From Azolla caroliniana (taxonomy: Eukaryota; Plantae; Polypodiophyta), in NCBI GenBank assembly GCA_043228905.1, contig JBHGNT010000002.1, positions 682,001 through 746,000 of the forward strand: a stretch of 64,000 nt of DNA. Direction: 5' to 3'. Under the pieces are notes generated by a model, which searched no databases, was not told where the DNA came from, and saw only the letters and a list, made by a program, of their open reading frames with translations. The translations under genes were made by a program, and so were the position numbers. Position 1 is the first letter of the stretch. Each line of letters opens with the position of its first letter. Below, one piece after another: positions 12,101 through 26,835 of the stretch.

Positions 12101-14353
12101 AGAGAGTTAGATTTTAGGGAATTTTTTAAGCTCTAATTAAAAATAAAGGTTGTATCATTTGTAAATTCAGTTATCATGTGAACTCACCCAAACAATGCGT
12201 TTTAAATTAGCCCTAGAACTTAGAAGAGACACACACTAGGATTCCATGACCAAATTTAATAGCACTCGAACTACAAGTGTGAAATCCAAATGATGCAATG
12301 CATGGGATTTTGAAAATTGAGAGAGGATAAAATAATAGACAACAATTAAAGTCTTGATTAAAGTTGGACTTGGATTAGATTTTAGCACCATGTGCCTAAC
12401 ACTTGGAGATGATAAAAGGGGGGAAATAAAACCTAAACCCAAATTCAAACAAAATATATTGTATATAAGAAAAACACGAGGGTCATATGAGTGAGCAAGC
12501 TTGTAAATAATATTGTATGAAGAGTGTTGCAAGTCATGTGATTAAGACTAAAATTTAGCCTATAAATTAGGGGTTTAAATTTGAGTTCTATAGTTGTGTT
12601 GGTGAAGGTCTGATCCCTCCCCTCTATGTTTTCTTTGAAACTAACGAAAAGTGTTTCGATATCTCTTCCATATAAACGAGGGCTCCTCTATTACTAGAAA
12701 AGGAGGATGTAGCTTGCCATACTTCATGTCATGTCAGCCCCCATGAACTATCCTTCAATCCACATGAATTGCCCAATAATAACATATTCATCCCATAGAG
12801 AGAATTGAGAGAACATTAAAAATAAGACTTTTAGCATGTTCTCTTGTAGTAATCAATTAGTCTTGCATTGTTATAATTTTATAAATAATACCACGTCAAC
12901 ATGATTTAAAATTATACCAATTAGAATTTGTTGGTAAATAAATCAATGGATTTAGACTAATGCAACTTGTTTTTCTAGAAGTTCAAAAAACTATATTTAA
13001 GTTAGCAAGGGTAAGTCCTTTAGAAATGTAAGTTTGTCTCCTAGAAGGTAGTACCATTACATGCATTTCGTAGCAATTACAACGCAAGACAATAGTTGAC
13101 ATCCCTGTATTTGTTGCTCTTAATTCCAAGTCATTTCCATCTAATGTGCACTATTACGTACCATGCCCATAGATGTTGCCAACGTGAGGTGGAAGTCATG
13201 TGCATGATAAGCTCTCAACATTCTTGCCTATTTGGTCTTATCATGCACCGAGTCTCATATCAAACATTGCATTCCCCCATAAGAAGAATGGTATCACTTG
13301 TGAATCTCTTGCAAACATTACACACATTGTCCCATTTATAATGTTGTTGGTCGAAATAGAAAAAGAAAATTGATTTTTGTGCATAAATTGATTTGAAGTA
13401 CTCGAGAAAACAAACATTGTTTTCTCCACGTATGAAATTATTTATGTATAAAAGACATCACGTGTTAGAGCCCGTCGTAAAACATTACCTTTGAAAACAT
13501 ATAATATAAGAGACTTTAGATATCATCACTAATATGATCTAGTAGAATATATAATTGTAGCATTGTGCAATTATTACAAATAATAATATAAAATGGTGTT
13601 ATGGTCTAGTTAATAAGGTTTGGATTCAAGCCAAGAGCAATAAACCATGGTGGTGTCTTATAAAGTATAACCCTAAATCAATATTAAATGCATTGCCTCA
13701 ATAGTGGGCCTTTGTGTTGGCAAGCGAAAACACAGTTGAGGGCAGCCATTGCTTTATATGTCCATAACATATTATGATCAATCCTAAAGGTACATAAACA
13801 TAATAGTTATCTATGTGCTTTTATGATAAAACATTATAGTTTACCAACGAAGCCTCTCGTGTTAGGATTTGGTTTGACAAATATCCATTCTACAATTCAA
13901 GGGTTGAAATGATAATGACATTACTTTGAAAAAACCAAGGCTAATAATACATCACACACATCCCCACTCATTATACCAATTAGATTACTCGAGACATCAA
14001 CAAGTGTAATTACATACATGGAGCTTGAGTCATCTAAAGTGTATTGATTGCCGCAAGACCCATCGAAAAGATTGATTATAATTACACATGTAACTCCAAC
14101 CGTAAAAAAGTGTATATATAACATGGACCATGTAAACGTGATGCAATTGTTCACGTTATTGTCATATCCCATGACATATCACTTCTAGTGGGGCCAACAT
14201 TGGGGTGAGTAATTCACATCATAGTGGAATAACTAAAGCTTGTCCATAAACAATTCCAAACACGTGATTGAGTTAATGATAAAGGGATGCCTCGCATGTA
14301 GAAGTAAAAAAGGAAATTGAGTTTAGGAGCATATTTTACAACATGAACATGAG

Positions 14354-14772
14354 TAAGGCAATCCTACAAGCCTTGAGCATGACATCCATTGAATGACCCT
14401 TGATTTTCATGGAATGTTATTTATCCTATTTATTTGCAAAATTAATTACAACATTTTTAAATCTACAACTAGGAATTACTCCGACTAGTTACATTGATTG
14501 GTTAGAAGGATGGCACAATGAAAACACAAATATTACATAAAAATAAACCTCATTGTCATTGAGATCTACTTGTGTAACTCCATAGTACGTACATGGTCGT
14601 ATAAGCCTCAAGCATACTATCCAACAAAGAACCCTTAGTTTTCAAGATTTTGTTGAGCAAACACGCTCTCAAATGCCACATTATTTGCTTATTTTAAAGA
14701 ACTGGCATGTCTTATATGGTACACAATTACTCATTAATTTAGCATGGATCCAACATGTATAAGTTGTATTTG
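14354..14772. repeat. Dispersed repeat copy 2 (with ~90-bp extra internal segment)
   Basis: Colinear with 8044-8426, plus extra sequence at ~14418-14505. Confidence 0.8.
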
Positions 14773-16059
14773 AATCTATCGTTTCATTCAAGAGAACCAT
14801 TTGTGTTTGTGCTCTAGATATGGTACCGTGGCCAAGGACTTGTTTGCACAATTGTAAATCACACAAAGAGTACCAAAGCACTAAGAATATTCTTATATTG
14901 ATTTTCTTCATCTTATATGCATGTTGTACATGTATATGAATATTTTCTCGTATAAATTTGCATTGATTGAAAGTAATGTTTTTGGAATGTAGACAATGGG
15001 TCATCTATGTCCCTAGAGAACTTAAATCATGAAAACATCTTTATGATTGTAATCATATGAAGTTTACTTTAGAACTAAGAAAATGTGATTGTTCTTGACA
15101 CACCTTAAACAATCGATATTTGTGCGAATGTTTGATTTGGTGTTTTATTATCTTCTTAAGCGTGTAATGAACTATTTTCTTGACATGTGTAGAGGACATT
15201 TCACTAAACACTTTCACTTTTGTTTTAGCAAACCACAAGAAAGCTCATATATTCCCCTTCCAATAAACATTGATAATAGTTTCCTTATATATTTGCTGCT
15301 ACCCTTGGGCAAAGGTAACCACGCTATTGTTAATGATGTTCCCAAAGACAATGTGAGACCCATTGACTAAGAGGACTGGCGAAAATCCACAAATACATAG
15401 TAGGGGCAAAGAGCCGAATACAATGACATTGCCATCAAATTCAACAAAATATTAGGTTTCTCTCCCTTCACTCTCTTGTTTCGTAATCACAAGGGTAATC
15501 CTATGGCTATACCCATATAATCCCTTCATACAATGTCCCCTTATGATGGATCACTTCTATCCTACCGTTAAATGCATGATAAGCTTGTGTTTGGTTGCAT
15601 CTTACTTCTTTGAGGTGATATGCAACATAATGAGATATGTGACCATCAAATCTAAATATGTATGGAAATTGCCAACTTTGAGGGAAGTTAGTAATTAGGA
15701 TTGAAATATCATACAAATTTGCAAAATTCATATTGCATTTATAGAAGTTTTTTCGCGAGAAATTGATTGAATTGTAGACAATATTGTATGGAGATTGGGT
15801 CGCCATCTAAGTATGGAATTGGATGGTGTAGTCTTAAAGATTAGTTTTGCTATCATAACTGTAAATGAGAATGATCCCCATGCAATATATTGTGGAAGGT
15901 ACACCACAATATATTGAGTAAACGATCACTTATAAATCATCGCAAGGTGATAAGGGGTTATGTGTACACGTGGCTAGAATCCCACGAAGCAATCGGACGG
16001 TGGAGGGTATAGCAAGAAAAAGCCTCGCCCTCTCTTTTAGGGTGCACGGTTGCTTGCAT

Positions 16060-16450
16060 TTTAGAAAAAAAAGAAAGAAAAGTTTGGGAAAATTAAATAA
16101 GTAAATTTATGTTAAGCTTAAAAAAATAAACAAATAACGCAAAGAAAGAAGGAAAAGAAAAAAGAGCAAATAAAAAAGCGCAATCCAGACATTAAAAAAA
16201 ATAGAAAACAATAAAAAATGGAAACGAGAAAATAAGAAAATAGAAAAAACTAAAAACAAAAGAAGAAGAAAAAGGAGAAGAAAAAAAACGAAAAGAAGAA
16301 CGAAAAATAAAAACCAAACAAAAAAAAAACTTAATAAAATAAAACAAACATATTTGATATTAATTAAAGAAGGAAGGAAAGAAAGAAAGAAAGAAAGAAA
16401 AAGCAATTGATTAATGAATTAAGTGAGCTAATTAAATTAATTAATAATAA
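16060..16450. repeat. A/purine-rich low-complexity tract upstream of the gene at 18091
   Basis: Runs of aaaag, gaaa and aaaat. It immediately precedes a CT-rich leader (16490-16760) with telo-box-like ctagggtttc motifs. Confidence 0.6.
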
Positions 16451-18090
16451 GCGTTTTTAAGCGTTTTTGGTTATTATTAGTATTAGTATTATTCTCGGTC
16501 GTCTTCGCTACTCTACGTCTTTCTGCTGTTGTTTCTATTTGCTGTTGTCTGGAGCTTCCTCGTCGCCATCGCCACGATCACCTGCCTCCCATCCCCTTCG
16601 TTTCTTTCGTACCCCCCCTGGCATCATCTCTTTTCAGCGAAGCTTCATACCTCCCGGCCATCTCAGAGAACACTTCTCCTTATTATCACAAGAAAACATA
16701 AGGAAACGCAACAGAAGGAGAAATCTAGGGTTTCTTCTCTTCGGCGCGTCTTGATTCGGGCCTTCAAATCGACCGGTTCTTCTTCTGCGTCCTCATATAT
16801 ATATATATTCACAGGAAAGTTTCTGCTCACAGACATATTCATTTGTTCCTTTGTAAAAGAAGAGAAGTTTCTTGGAAATTAAGAGACTGCGCTAGGGTTC
16901 TGACAAAGTTAAGATATATTATATACATATGTCCTCGCGTTTCTGCTGAAATTAGCTCTATCAACAGACGCAGACAAAAGCTAGGGTTTCTTTTTTCCAC
17001 AGCTTTGGCGGATTCACTTCATTCGGTTCTCTATTGTGAAGTAAAGCATGTCTTCTGCTTATCGTTTTGGGAAGATAAACTTATTTGTCAGTGGAGATTT
17101 ATTAGGGTTATGATATCTTTCCTGAAAAATCAGAGTTTTTAACACATGGATCAGTATATGTGCGAAACACAGTCGATGTACTTTCAGTAAAGATAAGATA
17201 TTTGGACAACAGAGTTTTAGGATTATTAAAAGTTTTTAGCTGTTATAACTGAACTTTTCGTACTCAGTTTGGTGCATGCTTTCTGTGACGATAAGCTTAT
17301 TGGAAAGTGGGGATCTCCTTGGGTTAGTTTTTTTGCTTGAAAATCGGAGATTCTTTATTCATGGTTCAGTGGTTGCCAAAATACCCTGGAGTGCATTTGG
17401 TAAATATAACCTTCTTGCAGAGTAGAAGCTTTTATGTGCGGAACACCTTGTTGAGCTTTTTGTAAAGGGTAGCTTCTCATACAGTGGAGATGTCTAAGGT
17501 TTAGAGTTTCTGCTGAGAAAACTGAGTTTTTTATAGAATGCTGAGTGCATGTTGAAATTGCTTCTTTGAAGACCAGCCTCTTGGACAGTAAGAATTTTAT
17601 TAAGTGCTAGGGTATTTTCTCGGAAATTGGAGCATTTTTAATACTCAGAAAGAAACACTTTCTTGAGGAAGGGAAAAATCATTGGATTGTGAAGACTCCT
17701 TTACTATCTCTTCTTGTATGTTTGGACATGCATCAGGTTATAGTTGTTTGTCACTGTACTTGTTCAGTAAACACCATGAAAGCTGAATTATGATGATAAC
17801 ATGTGCCAGATTATAGTCTTTCCTATATTCCTTGCTATGTGATCTTGATTGATATCCTGCATCTGGGCAGTAAGAAGAAAGAGCATCTGGAAGCAATCAT
17901 CAACTTAACAGTGGGCATCCAGAAAATTGCATGGTAATTCCCAAGTATTGTCACGAGTTCTTTTGCTATTAGCTATCTTCAAAAGCAGTGGACCAATCTG
18001 CAAGCTTCTTATAGATTGCTTGAAGTGTAATGCACCAGTAATTCAGTTTGTGGTGTGGAATCACATCCACTACGATGGTAAATGTTTCTG

Positions 18091-21000
18091 ATGGAGAGAA
18101 GTGAACCGTCTTTGGTACCAGAATGGCTCAAAGGGACTCCTGGTGGCTTGTTACCAGCATCTCACCCTGGTTCTCATGAAGGTACTTGAATTTTTCATTT
18201 GTTTCTTTCTATTTCTTGATTGTACACAGCAGATCTTTTATGCCATTTCTTTAACATAGTTGAAGTTTGAGCACGCTGAACATTTTTGAGCATGACATTC
18301 TTGAGATTGGGAATTTCGTACCAATACATTCTAGAACAGTCTTGAAGGTCATATTTGTTTTTTCCTTTTATGTGTTGGATGTATAGTGTGTACCTTTTTT
18401 GAACATGTTTGCACACACTTGAACATTCATGATTTTTTGTGAGATGCAAAACTCATGTTGTGACATTCTTGTATGTACTTGAATCTGTTGTGTACTATGA
18501 AATCTTGCAAAATATATTTGAATATACTTGGATGTACTTGAACATTTCATTTTGTGAGGTATTGAACTTAGTTGAATCTATCATTTGGCATTTTTATGTT
18601 AAAAAACATTTTTTGAGCTTTTGAACTTGACTAAATGTATTTCAAGATTCTTTAAGCTTTCTCTTGGCTGTACATGTCAAAATAACCAAATTGTTTTTCT
18701 TTTGAAGTAGATGATGCAAACAACACGTTTTCTAGGCACAGAGGACCACAGCAAACTGCAAGTATTCGCACAGAGTCTAATTCTATTCGAGGATCAGCTT
18801 CTTCCGATAGGGCATTTTTACCTACTATTAGGAGAAGTAACACTGGCAATTCACTTGATAGAGTGGTTAAAGACACAGACAATTTGATTCAAGACCGTCT
18901 GCACTATAATCTAAATCGCAGTGTTTCGTCAAAAAGAAGCTATGATAATGCCTCTTCAAATAGAAGCTATGATATGGCCAGAGATACTCATAGAGGTAAT
19001 TCTCAGGAATGGGAACAAGACAATGATAGAGAGCTACGGCCAAGTGAAAGTGAATCACTGTCAGTTTTCAGTATTGACGAGAGAGAAAAGTTTAGGGAAC
19101 ATGTTGAGAATAGAAAATTGAGGGTATCTATACCTGGGAAGTACGATGGTGATCCAAAGCTGAAGCGATCTCTGTCTATGGGTTTATCCCCCAAGAAATC
19201 TGAGAGTATTTCTGGAAAAAATAGTGATGTTATTGGTCTATCCTCACCATTGCCATCGATCTCTGGTAGCTTTGCTGTAAGTATGCAGAAAGCTGTTTTT
19301 GAACGTAACTTCCCATCCCTAAGTACTGAAGACAAGCCAGGAAGTATACTTTTGAGTCCCAGTGGTATTTCTAGTATTGCCAGCCCTCGTCTAGCACAAC
19401 AGAGTTCATCTCGTTTTGATATAGGAAGGGCAGGATTATCTGGAGGTTTTAATGTTAATGGTTCAACCATTAACGGGGGATCTGTAAGAGGAGAGATATG
19501 GAGTTCAGCCCTTGCAGAAGCTCCGTCTCTGAATGGAAATATTCAGAACACCAGCTTGGGGCACAATGGTACTAGTATCAATATTTGTACAACTTCTTCA
19601 GTTTCTTCTACATCTAGCGGTATTTCAACTGTCTCCATATTGAACATGGCAGAGGCTATTGCTCAAAATCCTCCACGAGTGCGAGTGCCACCACAGGTAT
19701 ATTTGTGTTCCTCAGGCAATAATCACCATGCAATACTTCTTTGTTAATTTCTCATCGTCTTTCTCCATAGATATCTGTGGAATCACAGAGGTTGGAGAGC
19801 CTTGCATTGAAACAGTCGAGGCAGTTGATTCCAATGACACCGACACTACCTAAAGCTATGGTAGTACTATGACTCATGCTATAAATTTTATTTATAGAAA
19901 GTTTATAATAATCCTTTTTATGAAGAATCAAATGAAGTAAGCAGTTTTTCATGGTAATACAAGGTCAATATAAATGCTATGTTTGATGAAACACGATGAT
20001 AAGGTGCATGGAAACAGAGGCATCCGCTGTTGTTGACATCCCAGACACATATATCTTTTGCTTAGACTGCGATTTTTAAGTGTACTTTTTCATATGCATG
20101 AGGCATATGTTTCAGCAATGAGGGTTCCATTCTTTGGAAATGATTTATGTATGAGTGTTTTTAGAATTTGTTTAGACCTGAATGGGAATCAAAGATATGT
20201 TCAGACACATATGTGTCTACCTGAATGGAATTTTATGCACAAGGCTGGTTTTCTAAACTTAAACTTGATACCCAATTCCTTCAAGTGATGAAAAAACCCT
20301 TGGCCAGCTATTCCAGCTGACCACCTTAAGAACAGAGACAATTGGTATTTAGGCTGATCCCAGAATTTATGTTTAGGATTAAGAGCAAAGGGACATAGGC
20401 CATGTACAAACCCTTTCAAATATATCTTTTAGACTATGAAGGCAGCAAAATGTTTAGGTTAGCTTAGATATATTCCGACTTCCATGTGCCTAGAAATCTG
20501 TTCTTGATGAAATAGATAAGCCCAATGCTTTGCTATGAAAATACAAAGAAGCTAAAGCAATTCTCATCATAGGTGCAGTGAATGGGGTTTGGCAACCCAC
20601 TGATGTATTTCCATAATCCTCGCCAGTTCCCTAGTGGAAACATCTCCTGGCTATTGTTTACCGTGCATATGTAAACTGTTCTGTAAACTCATGTAGTCCA
20701 GAAATATGGAGAAAGGGCAGTCTAGATCTCAAAATATTCATACATAACCTTCAAAAACTTTTAGAGATGCTAATAATGCAAAATATATCTCAGTTATCAT
20801 ACACTCTGTTTCTGTAGATGCCATGTAGTAGAGTTTTTCTCCAGGAAGAAAGGAAACCTGGGGACAATGCATGGACAAAGTGGGATATGAATGATCAGAC
20901 ATCCTAAGTGAATGGAATGACATGGCATAGATGATAAGTTGAGTGTCAACTTGCTTGCATTATAGTGGATGTTATTGCAATTCTTCTTTAGAGCGAGGAC

Positions 21001-24000
21001 ATGTCCCTTGATTTTAGTAATGAGTATATTTTGTGTCTGTTTCCTAAAAATCCTGACTTGGTAAATGACATTTGAAAATTCCGTGTAACTGAGAAACACA
21101 AATATTATTTTGTTTGAATAATCGAGTCTTTTTATATGATTTTAACAAGAAATATATGAAGAACACTCTAGCAAAATATATGTTTCTAATACAATAGAGC
21201 AGATTTATATGGAATAAACCCAAAACCAACCTTACGAGATCCAGAGCATAATAAAAATTGGAGAGGCTTTGAATTTTTGGAAATAATTTAAAAAGGTTGA
21301 CTCCAGATTTGCTTTTATTATGTTTTGGAAATTTCCTGATGCCATAAAGATCATTTCCATATCATATATAAAGCTCCACTTCCATCCATATGTAAATCTA
21401 CATATCTCTATCATATTTAGCATGATCAAATATCTTATACATGCTTTATATTTTTATTTATTTTACAAAGCTGTTTAGTCTGTTTTGATTAAAATGAAAA
21501 TTCTGGAACAAAACCTCAGAATTATTAAAGTTCTCTTGTATTACTTAAGGTTCTGATTTGGGACAGATTTCAAATACAGTGAGACATATTTTGCGAACAA
21601 AAAATTGTTGTTTAAGCTTATGTAGGTTATGCCCGGACAATTGTCTATTAATCCTGAGCTAACTTCATATGCATTATGTAAATTGGATTTACAAGTCTTT
21701 AGTTTTGAGATGTAGTGCTTCAAGATATGGTTTCATCAATTATTGATTTAATTTATCTATGCTCCCGTTTTGGGTATCAATCATTACATGGAAGCCACAC
21801 ACTGTGGATCAGAGACTCTCCCCTTCTAATGCATCAGAGGAGAATCTATGATGTAGAACTTTCTGCTCCAGGTCCCCATTGATCATATTACTGGCCTCTA
21901 AAGAACTGGAATGCATCATTGTCATCTTCCTCATCCTATGGTGTGCTTCAGCATTATGCTTCAATACATTAGTCATTTAACTTAACTGGGCTCATTTTTT
22001 AGCATTGATGCTTACTTGGAAACCACTCTCCGTTCTGATTCCTTCAGAAGAGAATCGATCTTATGAGGTTTCTGTGTCAGATCCCTGTGGGTCATGATAG
22101 TGGCCTCTAGGGAACTGTAATACATCATATAATCATCATCTCCCCTATCCTATGACTCCGAAGATGATTTCATGAAAACTTGAAGATCTGAATATCAGTC
22201 TTATTATTGAGTATGGAAAGGAGGAATTTCCGTCCTCTGAAGAAACATCATTTAAAAGAATATTTTCCAATTTACTTCTCAAACCCCTGTTGCTTCACTT
22301 ACAAATGTGATGCAATCCAACATTTAGCTCCATTTAATACTTTCACATTTTTCTATAGGAGGTTTGTCCTGCTAAATGTCTTGTTGACAATTCTCTTTCG
22401 CTACTTTCCAAATGTTCCCAATTCGTAAGATGCTAAATGTCTTGATAATGCGACATATAAAGTTTCTCTTGGTAAACATATTGTTGATGGTTTCTCTTTC
22501 TGTACATTCCAAAATTTCTCATTTCAATGTGGGACTACTTGCTTGAGAGGAATCTTTTATCCGTTATCTTATACGGATGCTTTCATGTCTCAATAATGTG
22601 ACCTATAGCTCATTTACTTTTGTCAAAATAACGGTCGAGGAATAATGACAATGTTACCCCAAATTATTTCATCCCCAAGATGCCCTGTTTGAGGAAACAT
22701 TTTAGCCATGGTAGAGATCATAGCGAAACATGGAACTAATGCGCCTACATTTGCATAAGTAGAATATACATGTTATTAGAAATCTCCAAAGGCTTCTTAT
22801 CTTGAATCCTAAAATCCAGTGGAAAAACAGAGAATGTTTTAGCTACACTGAAATATTTCAGTAGTTTCATATGAGATTCATATTATAAGTAATAAATTTG
22901 GTGTGTTAACATATAAACATCTGGTGGGAACAACTGCAAGTGCATTATACTACATGGTATTAATCTCAGCCTTCATAAAAAAATGCTGCCAAGGCTCTCA
23001 CTATAGTGACATTACCCTAGAAGATAGTAGATTTTCCTGTGAGATAGAAGTTAATGTCATTAAGGTAAATTGGATTTTTCTATAAGTTTCTGCATTTATG
23101 AACTAATCATGCTGTGAGTTTATTTGTCTTATGTTGATATTTATTGACCTAATGTTATATCTGCAGAGTTTGAGTGATAAATCTAAGTTGAAGGCAACAC
23201 GCAATGTTGATAATGCAGCTACTGTTGTGAAATCAAATCAATTGTCGGGATCATTGCAGTCTGTACACAGAACAAGTTCAACTAAACTTGATATGCAGAA
23301 GCATTCTTCACAAGGGAAGCTACTAGTGCTAAAGCCAAGCAAAGATGGTAGTGTGATGACTGCGAAACCAGAAGGGAACAATGGAAATGCAATTATGTCA
23401 ACTAGTGTGACTGTTTCTGCAGCACATAGTATTTCTCAGCTTAAGAAACCTAACGATGTACGTGAAACTTCACAACAGCCAGGACTATCAGCCGTGCGTG
23501 TCAAGGACTCTTTGGATCAAGATAAGAGATCCTCCATACAAGCTCAAAATAGAAGTGAATTTTTCAACACCCTCAGAAAGAAATCGACTCTGAAATCTGA
23601 GTCAGTGGCTCAGCCAAATAGTGATTTGGTAACAGGAAATCATGGCTCTGAAGAAGAAGAGAATGGTGGAGGTGATTCTCTCACTGTTGAATTTGCATCT
23701 CAGGTACATAATGATGGAGATAGAGATAGCTCGATTATGCATATGAGAGCTAGCCCAGAAACAGATCCTTCAGCAAAGGAGAAGTTAGAAAGTATGCTGG
23801 TATTGGACTCTGAAGAAGAAGAAGCAGCCTTTATGCGTTCTCTTGGGTGGGAAGAGAATGCAGAAGGCAGTGAGCTAACCGAGGAAGAGATAAATGCCTT
23901 TTATCAGGTAAGCTACACTAATTCAATACCTTTGTCTTGGTTGTCTATATAATAACACATTTTGTGGGACCTATGTTGATAAAATGGTGATTCTTAGCAG

Positions 24001-24138
24001 ATGCGAGAGAAGGTGCATAATATAAAGAGCCAGTTCAACGTTAGGAGGGAGAGTTGGTCTTTAGGCATATCTTCCTCTGATTCAGATTCAGATTCAGATG
24101 ACCAATTGCATGAGAGTATTCGGAAATGTCAGCAGTGA
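18091..24138 (+). CDS. Plant MERSEPxLVPEWL-family low-complexity protein with vasculin/GPBP1-like motifs, ~681 aa; exons 18091-18181, 18711-19696, 19771-19860, 23167-23907, 24001-24138
   Basis: All introns are GT-AG and phase-consistent. Conserved motifs: MERSEPSLVPEWLK, FERNFPSL, LNMAEAIAQNPPR, QRLESLALKQSRQLIPMTP, GKLLVLKP, QAQNRSEFFNTLRKK, SEEEEAAFMRSLGWEENA...LTEEEINAFY. Ends SSSDSDSDSD...TGA. Confidence 0.85.
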
Positions 24139-25651
24139 TTCTCACTTTCTGTCTAAAAGGTTACGAATATAAATGTTGGGTACACATTCAATATGTGCGA
24201 AAGCTGGATATATAGAGAAGATATGCAGATCAGTGAACGCTTTGTTTTTTGGTCATGAAGCAACAGTATTCTTGATTACTGCTGTCTTCTTGCACAGCGA
24301 TATATGTATGGTGTTTTGTCAACTCTATGCACCATTCAGCATATATGCAGCATGTCTCAAAAACTTTAATGAATAGTCAGTCACCTTGTGTGCCGGGACA
24401 ATGATGGGTGGTAGATATGGAAAATTTTGTGGTTTATTTTTACTTTTATGTGTCTGGATGTCACTGTTATTTTCTGTGTTCTCATGGTTCAGAACTATCG
24501 ATCGATTGTGACAGGATGCCTTTCTCAGTTGCCTCACTATTGTCTTTTTGCGTTGTCATATCAATATTGGTACTTCTGCCACGTAGACGTTATTTTGCAT
24601 TGTCTTACTGTGCAGGTTGAAAGGGTTTGCATGCTAAATCACAGTGTTTTCAAATCACGAACTGCAAATGTTATTTGTACTTTAAAAAGTTTACAGAGAT
24701 AACTTTTGAGTTTGACCTGCTCTAAAGTAAAACTTATGATGCTTGCTTGATATTGTTCAATATGACATTACAGAGAGCATTTTATTGTTGATAGGTGGTA
24801 TAAACCCTAATTGGTGTCTTGTCAAGCATTTTTTTATATGTCCTAATTGCAGAAAGCATGGTCTCGATTGGTTTCATAGATGTTTCTTCAACATCAAATT
24901 TGAATAATTGTAATATCTATTGGGATGACATATGCCTGCCACTATCTTGCATTTGCAGAACGAAAACATCATACTAAATATCAAATTGTAAAGCCTCCAA
25001 TTCAATTCAATGTTTTATGGTACATATTCTTTGTGCTTAAATAATAATTTAATAGTGTCAACTTTTAGTTCATTTTCAAACTTCGTTTGGGATTTTGCAA
25101 GTAACTCCTTAAGAAATAGGCATGATTTTGGAAGTCTTTAATAAATAGGCATTGCCCTATGGCAATGGTGACATGCTTACTTTTCATGCATACAAAAGAA
25201 AATTGAGTCATATATTTTGTGTAGTGTTATTACAAATACACATTTGGCAACATTAAATTATCACTAGTTGAGAGGTTAAGTACATTCAAGGTTTTAGCTT
25301 TGATGTACGAAATTTAGCTTTTGGGAGTTAAGTATTGTTATTAGGAATGAATTTCCGAGCTCAATCATTTTCCCTTGAATAAACACTTTTGTATAGATTT
25401 GAGCAAAATGAAGAGAAAGCAGGAATGATCTAATGAGATGTGGGTATCAATGCTGGAGATTGAAAAAAGGTCTCGAATATGCCAGTTGGTGGACATAGTA
25501 TTCCTCAAGTTGTGTAGAGTGTAGAAGGGTCCCAAGGGGAAGAGGGTTTAAGGATTGTTTATGTAAAACCTTTGCCCTTGTCAAGTCTTCGATATGTTTA
25601 TGTAAAACCAATGCTGAAGCCGAAACAGGATGTGGCCATGAGAGAGACCCC

Positions 25652-26835
25652 ATGGATGCTTGTTATGACAAAACTATGGAAGAGAGAACAAATAGGAACA
25701 AGGCAGTACACAAGGCTGTTTCTCGATGTCTTCGAAGTAGGCACAATTTAAGACAAGAAAAGAAACCATTACTACTAAGGCCACTTCCAACCTTTTGGAT
25801 CCATTTTCTTCCTCAGCAGCTTAGGGTTTTGCTAGCTAAAGATGATGATTCTACTCGACATGTTCTTAGCGCTCTCCTTCAAAATTGTGCCTAGGAATGT
25901 TGTTACTTCTTCCCTTTACCATATGCTCTAGTTTCTAGCTTTTGTTGAAAGTCTTAGTTAATGTAGATATTGTTGGTTTAAAGAACTGGTTAGTCCATTA
26001 AAACCATAGAGCTACCTACTACTTCCCTTCACCATATGTTTATTATCTAGCTTTTTGTTGCGTTCACAATGTATGGTGTGTATTTGCTACTTACCTTTAT
26101 TGTATTTCCGTTATCAACTTTTTTTTGAGATCCTGATATATGGTCGACCCATATGACTGGTGATTTCAGGGAATCATTGAATTCATTAAGACCATATATT
26201 TAGCCTCTCTAGGAAGTACAAATTTACAGATATTGTCTACAATCACATGATGGCTACACCATATAGGCTGTGCTTTAGGGAGTATTGTTAAGCTAATTCT
26301 AACCATCTTGATCAGGCATCCATTTTTGTCATATAATAACCTTCATCTGGGTATGCCTAATTTGGAGATGTTTGCGCTATTAATTCCATTGTTATATTGG
26401 CATTCATAATCCAGGCCTACTTAGGATATTGAATTGGTATTAATTTCAGTTTCGTCAATTTAGGCAACCCTTTTGTTAAATAGTGCATGATGTTAACTCC
26501 ATCTTTTCAAATTTGGCTGCCTCAATGCAGCCTTTTGTGCTGGTGTGCGTAACTAGGAGATACAATTGTTAATTCCAGCATCTCAGTCAATGCAGCCTTT
26601 ATTTTATAGCATAGCATTGAATTCTGGTAAGTGAAATTGATGACATCTGGTTCATCGGCATGGAGAATGTTGGTAGAACAAATATGCTAGTTTGACATAG
26701 TATTGACGTACTAGAGGATGCCTTAATGCGTATGGCTTATGGTGAAAGTTCTTAGATTCAGGGTTCATGGACCAAAAGAGCTGCTGATGAACTTGAAAGA
26801 TCTCAACGTGCAGAAAAATTATCAACCCCTGGTAT
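25652..26835 (+). pseudogene. Pseudo-response regulator (PRR clock gene family) pseudogene fragment
   Basis: W.HFLPQQLRVLLAKDDDSTRHVLSALLQNCA* (25790-25894) and, after an intron-like gap, SGSSAWRMLVEQIC*FDIVLTY*RMP (~26643-26723) match the PRR pseudo-receiver domain. QGSWTKRA (~26758) matches the PRR QSSWTKRA motif. In-frame stops are present and there is no CCT domain. Confidence 0.75.

Noticed and set aside
16107-16406. 99-aa F/L-rich membrane protein ORF
   Set aside because: Artefact of translating the A-rich low-complexity tract.
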